NCBI RefSeq assembly: GCF_000315625.1
Contig: NW_005434607.1
Location: 366,220 to 430,219, forward strand
DNA from: Guillardia theta CCMP2712
Taxonomy: Eukaryota > Protista > Cryptophyta
DNA length: 64,000 bases
Direction of reading: 5' to 3'
Shown: positions 51,431 to 62,374 of the stretch, in pieces
Layout: the number at the start of each line of letters is the position of its first letter
Numbering within the stretch: the stretch's first letter is position 1
Translations under genes and position numbers: made by a program
Notes under the pieces: model-generated
Database searches by the model: none
What the model was told of the DNA's origin: nothing
What the model saw: the letters and a program-made list of their open reading frames with translations, nothing else

Positions 51431-51895
51431 ACTGATCGGAGCTATATTCTTTCCTCAGCCTATGGCAAGCAGCTGATGTGGCTCGTTGCACAGGTGCTGG
51501 AAGGTTCATGGAGAGGACAGCAGCCGCTGTGATAGGGGTTACCCGGAAGAAGAGCGACGGTGTGATGCAGGCCCACGAGGGCAAGACAAGTCTATCCATG
51601 CCAGAGTATAAAGCACTCCTCAACATCTTGAAGGAGGTGAGACCTCGCAGAGGAAGTTGAGAGTCCGGCAGCTCCTTTGATTTTCTCTTGGGCATGCTGT
51701 TCTGTCATGTGGAACCAGGTATGCAGAAGCGAGAGTCTAGCCTCGGACATTTCAGATGATGATAATGATGATGATGATGATGATGAAGATGATGATGATG
51801 ATGATGTTGTTGTTGTTGTTGAAGATGATGATGGTGATGATGAGGAGGAGGACGATGACGATGACGACGACGATGATGATGACGATGCAGATGAA

Positions 51896-51927
<32 letters not shown>

Positions 51928-52012
51928 CGATGATGATGACGATGATGATGATGTTGTTGTTGTTGTTGTTGTTGTTGAAGATGATGATGGTGATGATGAG
52001 GAGGAGGACGAT

Positions 52013-52044
<32 letters not shown>

Positions 52045-54896
52045 TGATGACGATGCAGATAATGATGATGATGATGATGATGATGATGAAGAAGAAGAAG
52101 AAGAAGAAGAAGAAGAAGAAGATGGAAATGACGATGTTGGTAGTAATTAGCCCGATGATGATGATGATGATGATGACGGAGGTAATCGAGGTAATGAAGG
52201 AGAACACGAAGAAGAAGAAGAAGAAGAAGATGGAGATGATGGCGATACAAGTGATGATTGATGTATCTTGGTCGTGTTTTCGCGGCGGAGCGCCAAGTTT
52301 CGCTCTGCGTCGCTGTTCAATATGGATGGACGGTCTTGTGAGAGTGTGCATGTGCTGGGCATCATCCATTCTCTCAGTCCACGTTTGTCTCGAGGAGTTG
52401 TATCGAATGATCTAGATCATTATGTTGTCCGTCGAACGATGCAATCTCTGTCCCAACACGAAGCTTCATACAGATACATATATTGGTTACCCGAGCTACA
52501 GTGCTCGTCACCGTGACTGCCGCCATGGATCTCACCCATGACCACATGAGCCGTCCATCCTCTGTAGCCGCTAGAGCTACTACAAGCTCTCATTGTTCAG
52601 AATGTCCTTGAACCCTCCAAGCTTGGGTGAAGACAGTATGATTGTCTTCGCCAAACTTGCTATCACGTAGCTCCCCAGGCCTTTGTACAGGTCACAGATG
52701 TACCACCCCCGGAAATTGATGAGAAAGTTTACAACGACGGTCACATCTCCAAACTTACTCCATTCTGCCTGTTAGGATATGCTCCTAAACTGTGATTCAA
52801 ATAACAGTGCGAGTGATGCGCAGCAGTTCCTTCAAGAAACAAACACGATCCGTAAACCATGCACGTCAAGTTTATTCTTTCTCAATTTTCCTTAAAATAA
52901 CTAAATAGGAATCAGATACCTCAAACTGTCTGACAGATGCCGGACCAACCTTGTTCCATCTAGGGGACATATGGTACCAAAATAACCCCCCCCCCGGGGT
53001 CTAGAATTTTCAAGGTCCCCTCTACTAGGGGTGGTTCGGCATTAGAGAGTGGGAGCAAGGGGTTCTATGGTGTAACGGCTAGTGTAGAAGGAGGGGTGGG
53101 TTTAGTTAAGGCCAAAGGACGGTCCATCAAGGCTAAGGGGTAGTTTTGTGGGTCCGCCTCAGATTTATTCTTCTGGTGAAAGTTTGAGCAAAGTATCGCG
53201 TTGAAGTATGAGGGAGTTTAGGTGTTGATTTTAAGGTTTAGGGTGAAGTAGTCGAATGAGATTTCGTCCAAGGTTGAATGGAATGTGTTTCTGAAGTTTG
53301 ACAAAGTTTGTTGAGTTTGTGTTTGGATGATTTGTGTGCAATGTTGAGGTTGCCATGAGGGCTTTGAGTTTGTAGTAATGTATTTGGATATCTGCATCTT
53401 CAATGAATGCCAAATAATACCTTTGGAAAGCAGGGCATGATTTCACCAGGGTACTTGAACTTTTTAGTAGGGGTAGCACAAAAATTATGCTACTTATAAA
53501 AATGTTATATAATACATGCAGGACAAACCATTAGTCCATTAGTTTTACTCAACGGAACCTCTAATTGCTTCTACCTGTTGAGGCAACTGATCGGCTGAGA
53601 GCCTGGCAAGCCTCACCTCAGGTCATGTCAAGCAGTCGATGTGGCTCTGTGCACAAGCGCACTGAAAGGACAGCAACTTGGCAGCTACAATAGGGACGAC
53701 GTACGAGGATCATGGAACCTCCAGGCTATGGGACTAGGACTCGGACCGGTCGAAGGATCATACCGCGGATACGAAGCGTAGAGTACCGGTAGTGGTAGTT
53801 CCTAGGACCAGGCATCCTCTCAGTCTATTTGAGGGATCGAGAGAGAGGAAGAGGGGCCGCTCGCATTTGCAGGAAAGGGAAAGGAGAATGAGGTGAAGGG
53901 TCTAAACAAGCTTGTACATCTGTACCACCTCTATTACTTCTCTGAATCCTGATATTATTCCTGCGCGGCCATCGGTGATCGCAAGTATCATCACTATAGA
54001 TACTTCATCACTGTCTACTTCGTGTGTATAATGATATCCCAGGTGATACACTAGCAAGTAAATACATTGGAAAACGTGAGGAGACAAACTTTTATAAATC
54101 AATTTAAAATTTCAATGATTTTTACGAACACCCAAAAAATCTATTCATTCCTCTTTATTTTCCTTACCAAATCCCTATTATATTTTATTCAATTGAAATA
54201 ATAGCTGCGCATTGGTGCGGATCATCACACAAAATAACCAAAAACAAACGAGCGCACACACGGAGTGTGCCAGAGCAAACATAATATCAATCAAAATTAT
54301 GAATCCTTCAAGGATCATATAAGTAATAAAAAAATCTATGTGGGGTGAAACCGCAAAATATTAAACACGTTGTTTTTGCGAACCCCCTCTAAGTAATTAA
54401 TAAATTATATTATATTTTATTATATGTAAATCATAGCTGCACATTGCTGCGCATTATTACATGATATAACCAAATATAAACGAGCGTACCCACGGAGTGG
54501 GCCTGAACAAACATGCAAACCCTTGCAAAACCCTGCTAATCCTTGAAGCGTGGAGGGTTATTCAATTAATCATAAACCCTCCACTAAACCCTTCACTTCA
54601 CAAATCATTACCAGAATCATATATATTTAATTATTTATCTGTATATATAGACGACTGAGTGGAGGGTGTGGAGGGTGTGGTGGGTTTTTTTCTGAACTTC
54701 TCTCAGTTGATCGATCTTGGCCTATTAGTAATTGACCTCACAAACCCTCCAACCTTCCACACTCTCCATCCGCTCAAAAACCTACCCCCCGCCTACCCTC
54801 CGCCTACCTCCTTTTTATTAAACCCCCTTTATCATTACCATTATTATACTAAATTATATTTTTTATTTTATTATTATCTATCTTTCTTTGTTATAA

Positions 54897-55349
54897 ATGA
54901 GCACTAGAAAAGGCAACACATGGATTCAAGCGCTGAAAGAGTTCAAGAAAGGTCATTCTGGCACTTGGTGCATTGTCAAGAAAGGATCAAAAGAATATGA
55001 TCATGTTAAGGGGATCATGCAAGATCTAAAAACTTATGACGGCAAATTACCAAATAAACAACATGCAAAACCTGTTAAACCTATGAAACAAGATATTGTC
55101 AATGCAAATCAGCAATACAAGGATAAAGCGAGTGTTGGACCTAAACAAAAGAAAATGACAAAAAAAGAAAGATATGATAAAGCAATTAAATTAAAAGTTG
55201 GAGATATCAAAAGCAATAATAAATGCCCCGTGTGTGATCATCAATTTGATAAAACACCATCAAAGAATGAATTTATTGCGCATGTGAATAGCGACAAACA
55301 TAAGAAAGTATTGTCGAATTCAAAATTTATGCTTGAATTTGATAAATAA
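54897..55349 (+). CDS. Viral-type basic protein with N-terminal W..WC..KKG motif and C-terminal C2H2 zinc finger
   Basis: NTWIQALKEF..WCIVKKGSKEY; CPVC..FIAHVNSDKH. Conserved in the inverted copy. Confidence 0.7.
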   Translation: MSTRKGNTWIQALKEFKKGHSGTWCIVKKGSKEYDHVKGIMQDLKTYDGKLPNKQHAKPVKPMKQDIVNANQQYKDKASVGPKQKKMTKKERYDKAIKLKVGDIKSNNKCPVCDHQFDKTPSKNEFIAHVNSDKHKKVLSNSKFMLEFDK

Positions 55350-55386
55350 ATATTTTATTATTTTTATCTATCTTTCTTTATTATAA

Positions 55387-55691
55387 ATGAGTAAAAAGAA
55401 GCTAATTCTTGGATTGATGCCTTAAAGACTTATAATAAGGCACATTCTGGAGGAGATCAAGAAAAAGGCCTTTCTCTTGGTGGTGCTTGGTGTGTCCCAA
55501 GGAAAGGAACACCAGAATATGAAGCTGTTAAAAATATTCACGACTACAAAATTAAAAAAACACCTTTGAAAGATGAAGATGCAAAACTTAAGAAAGAACA
55601 CAAAGAAAGAGTGAAATTTATATTAGGGTCTGATGTGGTCGGTGGCGGGAAGCTTAATGATGCACATAAAAAAATGCTGAATCATTTTTGA
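55387..55691 (+). pseudogene. Paralogous viral basic protein, frameshifted near the start
   Basis: 1-nt deletion relative to the copy starting at 61211 (ATGAGTAAAAAGAAAGCT). Motif NSWIDALKTYN..WCVPRKGTPEY. Confidence 0.65.
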
Positions 55692-55719
55692 TTCCCTAAA
55701 AAATAAAACTATTATTTAA

Positions 55720-56246
55720 ATGAGCAAAAAGAAAAATAATTCTTGGAAAGGATCGAATACTTGGTGCATACCAAAAAAAGGAAGTCGTCACATGGAAGCA
55801 GCTAAAAATATTAAATCATATCTTGATCTTAGCGATGCAGATAAAAAGAAATATTTCAAAGTTTCCCCTGTTTCAAAAGAAGGCATAAAAATAATGACTG
55901 ATAAGGTCAATGAACCACACAATTAAAAAAGAAAGAAACTTATTATGATAAGGACGGGAAAAAAAGAACAAAAACATTCATTCAAGAATATAGACCTTAT
56001 CAAGGCATATATTTGAAAGATGACATAGAAAATTATACAAAACTATTAATGAAAGGCAGCAAAAAATACTTTGGGGTCGGTCTTTCAAAAACAAAGAGAA
56101 AAAAAGAGTTTGGAATTCAAGATTTAGAACCTAATCAACAATATAAAAATAAGGTTGGACCTAACCCACAGAAAAATAAACCTAAAGATGATGGCTTAAA
56201 ATTAGTTTCGATCAGTAAGGAAGATTTTGCAAAAATGAAATTTTAA
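55720..56246 (+). pseudogene. Third paralogue (WCIPKKGS motif), broken into ORFs 55720..55926 and 56013..56246
   Basis: MSKKKNNSWKGSNTWCIPKKGS; the downstream piece NQQYKNKVGP parallels NQQYKDKASVGP of the 54897 ORF. Confidence 0.5.
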
Positions 56247-57049
56247 ATGATCTTATTTTTGGTTTTTTATGTAAGGAAACATAAAACTACATAAGAAAAA
56301 TAATTATCTATATATATTATAAAGGATGAATCGCCAAAAAAGAAACCCTCAACCAGTCCAGAATCGGTTCAAACCTGAGAATTCAAAACCAAGCCAAAGG
56401 CACAAAAACCCAAGAAGCAACCAAAGCAACCAAAGCAAAATCGGCCAAAGCAAACACAGCCCAAGCCTGCACAAGCAAAGAGCTAATCGAATCACGATCC
56501 ACCTCACTGGCCAGAATCTATTTAACCCAAGATCCACCAAAGACTAACTCTCAGTACACCTGAGATCCTTACACCAACCTCATTCACCTCCTGAACGATA
56601 CACAGCTGTGCAGTCTCTAACACCTTCACTGATGGTTGTAGAACTCTCAGAAGAACCACACAACACCACCAACACTTCCTTTATTCACAGCAACCACCTT
56701 CCCTTCAATCCCTTGCAACCCAATCACAATGCACAGCGCTCTGGACACGTGTCCTCCTACCCCCCTCTTCACTGCCTGACCCTCAGGCTCGTCGATTCCT
56801 TAATTCCAGACCTATGTCAAAACCCACTTCCATCTCGCTGAGCTTCGTCCACCGATGAGACGCAATACCCTGAACTTCTCGCCGTCTCTAAGAACTTATC
56901 CGAGTTCTTACACCCTCCCTGACGAAGCTAAGCGAGATTCTCAGCTTCCTTTTCCATTTCATCCGTCATCCTCTGGAAACCCCTTTTTTCAAACATCTCC
57001 CTGCTCCGGAGGCTCCTCCAAGCTGCAACACCGCGCTCTCCTCCTCCAA

Positions 57050-57300
57050 GCTCAGCGGCTGTTTGACTTTTGTGTTTCATAGGACGAACGTCACGATATG
57101 AACCCCGAGAACGCATATATCCTGATGGTTCTGAAACCGTTATCGAGTCATGTCTTTCAAATCGACATGCCAAAGCGAATTGACATCGTCGGCTCGATCC
57201 TGTCGAAAAGACGACTGCTTATGCACAGGACGTGACACGAATTTAGCAACTCGACAGATATGACAAGGAGACGCGACAATGCGTCGATTGTAAGTCACAT
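57050..57300 (-). mobile_element. Copia-type integrase fragment
   Basis: PCHICRVAK..P..RA..SLWHVDL, then a frameshifted YRDVRPMKHKSQTAAEL (cf. CxxC..K, LVHxDL, Y..L+.KSE). Confidence 0.5.
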
Positions 57301-57473
57301 ATCTTATCCTCCTTCGCTTCAACTGCGCACCCTGGTGCACCTGCTCTCCTCCTCTGCGTCCGCACTGGCCCATTTCACCTGAGCACCTCCTCCGCTTGAC
57401 TCAACCCTGTGGCACCTGCGCTCCTCCTCCGCTTGAGCTGCGGCCGCAGTGCGGTCGCACCCCGCCAACAGTG

Positions 57474-57669
57474 CACCTGCGCTGCTCCTCCACCTGAGCT
57501 GCGGCTGCTCCCCGCCATTGCAGGGCCTGCGTTGCTCCTCCAGCGCTTACGCTTCAGCAGCACTCCTGCAGCACCTGCGCTGCTCCTCCACCTGCGCTCC
57601 GGCTGCTCCCCGCCATTGCAGGGCCTGCGCTGCTCCTCCAGCGCTTGCGCTTCAGCAGCACTCCTGCAC
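57474..57669. repeat. ~98-bp tandem direct repeat (2 copies)
   Basis: CACCTGCGCTGCTCCTCCACCTG...CAGCAGCACTCCTGCA occurs twice. Confidence 0.85.
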
Positions 57670-58427
57670 CACCTTGCACTCGGGCTCCTCAGCTTGTACC
57701 ATCCGCATGCCACTAGAGACGCTCCTCATCCGCCTGCGCTGTCCGCATGCTCCTGTGCTCCTCCTCATCTTCCATCATAAACTCTTCCCTTCCAATCAAG
57801 CTCCAGAGATCAGGTTCAGAATTCTTGCAATGCATTGATTGATCTCTGATTGTTTTGAACACAATTTTCTCGTTTCTAATCTATGGGCCCTTTCTATCCT
57901 ATCCACCCCGGGGATCATTGTTTTGCCAAGGCACAAAATCATTTTGACGTTCAATTTCATCGTTCACTACCGTCATGGGTTCCATAGATCAGGATGAGCG
58001 AGTTTCTAAGATACTAACCTAGAACAGATGTCTTGGTTGCAGCTAACCACAAGCTTGAGGAAGACGTGTCTGTCTTTATCCTCCTTCCGATTCATCCGAT
58101 TCTTTCACGTTCTCCATGAGAGTCTCCTCGGTGACATCACCCGAGACACCCTCCCTGAATCGGATAGAAGACGGAAGACTGATAGTTCTTGAGCAACACG
58201 GACTCGGTGGCAACGGTCCGAGACACCCTCCCTGACTCGGGTAACAGACGGAAGATAAAACCTGGAAGCCACCGCAGCAGGATCCGATCGGTTGAATCTC
58301 CCTGTCGGAGGCTGGAGCGGCGGATCACCGTCAACCACACACGGGGCATACAACTTTGACGGACGGCATGGGAACAGAGTAGCACTGTCACCGACAGAAG
58401 CGCAGAGAGCATGACAGGCGAGCATCC

Positions 58428-60160
58428 TCAGAGCAGCATATCAGGTAAGGGGCCTCCGAAAAGAAATTCACCAATGAGCCTCCACCGATTCAAAGGCAGA
58501 ACTTTCGTCAGCAAATCACCAGGCTGATAAGAAGTATGAATCTTTTCTGGATAGAGCTCGTCCTTTTCTACCAAATCAACAGCATACTTCGTTCGAATAT
58601 CAATGTGCTTGAGTCGACTGTAACTTCGCTTGTCCCACAAAAGCCTCAGACATGGTTCATTGTCGATTAGCAAGAGAGTAGGACGAGTCTGCATAAATCC
58701 CATCTGACCCAAGAGATTTCTATAAAGCTTGACTAGTTTTGCGCATGTGGTGGCAGCATAAATTTCAGCTTCTGAAGAACTCAGGGCAACAACCTTCTGC
58801 ATTTTGGATCCAAAGACGACTACCCCACCATTCAGAACGATTCCATATCCGCTTTGACTCCGTCTCGTGATAATCTCGGTACCCCAACCAGCATCACTGA
58901 ATGCAATCATCTCATTGACAAAACACTCCTGGTGGTAAGAGACACCGTGACAATGGTATACAATCTGAACCTCCCGAGTAGTGTAAAGGTACTGTAGAAG
59001 ATGAATTAAGGCATCCAAATCGCACTGCCGAGGAGCACGAGCAAAGCGACTAAGGACGCTCGTTGCGAATGCGATATCAACCCGCGTACAATGTGCCACG
59101 TAGAGAATGGACCCCAGGAGACTCTGATAAGTGCGGACTTCCTTCTTGTTCAACAACTTACCCTCCAAGTGATAAGTCTTGAGATAGTGACCAGGTAATA
59201 CCGTTTTGACGCCCCTGGCAACTATTTCAAAGCGTTCAACAATCTTTTCAATGAAATGCTGTTATGACAAAGTTATCCGACCCTGATCGTCATTCTGTTC
59301 GATGCGAATGCCCAAGAAGGTACCTGTTGCCTCACTCCCCGAAAAGTCGAAGACTGTGTTGAGCTTCTCAAGAAACTCAATCTTAACTGCTTCAGTTTGA
59401 GAGACAATGAGTAAGTCATCCACGAAGACAGTCAGAAGCAAGACAGTTGGAGTATCGGTAGATGATCTCATCATGTCCTATCCCACTTGCTCCCACCGTC
59501 TTCAACACCTGCGTGAACTTAAGATACCATCTCCTAGGTGCAATGCGAAGTCCATAGAGCGACTTCAAGACTTTGAGGAGGCACTCAGGAGGAAGACTCA
59601 TGATATCTGGAGGAATCAAATACACAGGAACCTCCAAGTCACCATACAAGAAAGCAGCAGAGATATCCCTGAATGTGATTCTCCAACGAAGTTGCCTGCC
59701 GCGATGCTCAGCAAGAGCCGGATATTGTCCAACGATGTAGTCGGTGCAAACAATTCTTCAGATGAAGGGAGTAAGTTGCCCATGATAACTAGCCGCCCCT
59801 TTCGTTTCAAGATCTTGCCCTTCAAGTCTCGTTTTGAAGCATACACCCACAAGCCGCGAGCAAGGACAGAATGATTTGACTCCCTGTTTTTCTGATCACG
59901 CGTAACAACTTCCCAGACGCCTCGACTTTCGATCTTCGCAATTTCCTCCTTTTCAGCCTGCTCCCAAAGATGCCATAACATCTCTGACCTTGTCTTGGGA
60001 TCTGGTAACTTGTCAAAACTACTTTCGTTCTCCACATTTCCTGCATCGCAAGCCGCTGTCATTGCGTAATCTGCCTGACTCAGGCCTCTCTCAGGCATTG
60101 CAGCTGGATTGTCACGGTCGGAAGACATCAGAGATAACAAGTCAGACGCCAGCTCCACCG
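58428..60160 (-). mobile_element. Ty1/Copia LTR retrotransposon pol (RT + RNase H), frameshifted
   Basis: WEQAEKEE..VWEVV; KRKGRLVIMGN; FAPT; KSLYGLRIAPRRW; VFVDDLL; YQSLLGSILY..TRVDIAFA; FSDAGWG; VALSSSEAE; KHIDIR. Confidence 0.93.
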
Positions 60161-61248
60161 CGTCCCGGATGATACGGGAGAGACCAACGCTAGATTCGCC
60201 ACAAGAAGACGCGTATCCCTGAAAGTAGAGTCCACATCAGCACTGACCTGTGGGGCAGATGACACAGGATCGACATGCTGTAAACGAGTTTTGTACATCT
60301 CATCCCTCCATACTGGAACAAAACGCGGGCATACTGGCTGACTGCCTGTCATGTTATCATCCGCCCTGTCCCAAACATACAAGATTTCTTCAGACTCAGT
60401 CGACCCGTGCACTATATTTGTTACTGGCATGCAGGTACTGCGGAAATTGCTTGTGCTGTGAGAGTACAACAACTTCAGGTGATCCACCCACTGTAGCTTC
60501 GACAACATCCATGATCTCATCCGCTGCCCGGTCAAGGTAGGTTTTGAACACTTTTGTATGGTCGGACATATCACCAAAGACGTTCGGTGGAAAGCTGCAC
60601 GAATAACCACTGTTTTCGCCTGACCCCGAGGATCTCTTCTTGCCCACTGCAACTTCTCCGACAGCCTGCTGTTCATTCCGTACCAACGGTTCACTTGCCA
60701 CAGTGATATTCACCACTGACACGTCTCCCTTCGCATCCATCGCAGGCGTCACGGTCGTAGTCGTCTTGCTTCTAGTTTTTAAGATGCGCCCCCAGTGGAA
60801 TATTTCGTCGAGAGAAATCTTTTCTGGTCTCATATTACTCTTCTTCCAATTTCGCAATTCTCTATTCAATGCCAATGACTGCAACGATTCACAAGTCGAT
60901 TCTTTACACCTGGCATGCAAGAGTTCTGCTATCTGGATCTCTAACGGTCCCATTCTTTGGTGTGCTCCCACAACACCTTGAATACTATCCTTGAGATTCT
61001 TAATATGAAGTTTTGCGTCTTCATCTTTCAAAGGTGTTTTTTTAATTTTGTATTCGTGAATATTACGAACAGCTTTATATTCTGGTGTTCCTTTCCTTGG
61101 GACACACCAAGCAGCACCAAGAGAAAGGCCTTTTTCTTGATCTCCTCCAGAATGCGCCTTATTATAAGTCTTTAAGGCATCAATCCAAGAATTAGCTTTC
61201 TTTTTACTCATTTATAATAAAGAAAGATAGATAAAAAAAATAAAATAT

Positions 61249-61695
61249 TTATTTATCAAATTCAAGCATGAATTTCAAATTTGACAATACTTTCTTATGT
61301 TTGTCGCTATTCACATGTGCCTTAAATTCATCCTTTGATGGTGTTTTATCAAATTGATGATCACACACGGGGCATTTATTATTAGTTTTGATATCTCCAA
61401 CTTTTAATTTAATTGCTTTATCATATCTTTCTTTGTTTGTCATTTTCTTTTGTTTAGGTCCAACACTCGCTTTATCCTTGTATTGCTGATTTGCATTGAT
61501 AAGTTTCTTAGGTTTGACAGGTTTTGCATATTGCTTATGTGGAATATTACCATCATATGTTTTTAGATCTTGCATGATTCCCTTGACATGGTCATATTCT
61601 TTTGATCCTTTCTTGACAACACACCAAGTGCCAGAATGACCTTTATTGAACTCTTTCAGCGCTTGAATCCATGTGTTGCCTTTTCTAGTACTCAT
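61249..61695 (-). CDS. Viral-type basic zinc-finger protein (homolog of 54897..55349)
   Basis: Highly similar 148-aa ORF with the same TATCTA upstream motif. Confidence 0.7.
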   Translation of the reverse strand: MSTRKGNTWIQALKEFNKGHSGTWCVVKKGSKEYDHVKGIMQDLKTYDGNIPHKQYAKPVKPKKLINANQQYKDKASVGPKQKKMTNKERYDKAIKLKVGDIKTNNKCPVCDHQFDKTPSKDEFKAHVNSDKHKKVLSNLKFMLEFDK

Positions 61696-62374
61696 TTATA
61701 ATAAAGAAAGATAGATAATAAAAAAAAAAGAATATAATTTAGTATAATAATGGTAATGGTTGCCCCCTGCGACGGACAGAGGGTGTTTTTTGGGGTGTAA
61801 GGTATGTAGGGTTGGAGGGTTTCCTGAAACTTTTGTTATATATATAAATTTGGTGGATTCCAAAACTTAGTTTCAAACCCTACATACCCTACATACCCTA
61901 CATATGGACGTGTATATATACAGATAAATAATAAATATATGCTCTACATTAATAATAATATAATATATGTAGGGTTTTATGTAGGGTTTGTTATTAATGT
62001 AGGGTTTATGTAAGGTTTGCAAAACAACGTGTTTAATATTTTACCCCCTCACCCCACATAGATTTTTTTATTACTTATATGATCCTTGAAGGATTCATAA
62101 TTTTCATTAATATTATGTTTGCTCTGGCACACTCCGTGTGTGCGCTCGTTTGTTTTTGGTTATTTTGTGTGATAATCCGCACCAATGCGCAGCTATTATT
62201 TCAATTGAATAAAATATAATAGGGATTCGGTAGGGAAAATAAAGAGGAATAAATGAATTTTTTGGGTGGTCGTAAAAATCATCGAAATTTTAAATTGATT
62301 TATAAAAGTTTGTCTAATCACGTTTACAATGTATTTAGTTGCTAGCATATAAGAAATCTTTATCCAAAAATGAA

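Larger units (their letters stand above)
43995..52769. repeat. Tandem duplication of a ~4.2-4.3 kb unit: two full copies plus an internally deleted third fragment
   Basis: TGTAGCCGCTAGAGCTACTACA recurs at ~43995, ~48231 and ~52563. ORFs are duplicated almost identically. 52591-52769 repeats 45117-45293. Confidence 0.95.
54050..56345 (+). mobile_element. AT-rich endogenous viral element (virophage/Polinton-like), left copy
   Basis: Abrupt switch to AT-rich DNA, compact intronless Lys-rich ORFs and TATCTA motifs before ATGs. Inverted homolog at ~61008-62345. Confidence 0.7.

Noticed and set aside
61878-62019. TAGGGTTT-containing repeats as telomeric repeats
   Set aside because: They have a 9-11 bp period in both orientations, and the homologous copy uses GGAGGGT instead.
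62116-62220. 34-aa hydrophobic mini-ORF MFALAHSVCALVCFWLF.. in the hairpin module
   Set aside because: Differences from the paralogous module are mostly non-synonymous and include an earlier stop, so a structural role fits better. Not fully excluded.
54050-62345. Inverted AT-rich blocks as the TIRs of one Polinton enclosing 56-61 kb
   Set aside because: The copies are visibly diverged, viral genes continue outside the right block, and the interior is Copia.
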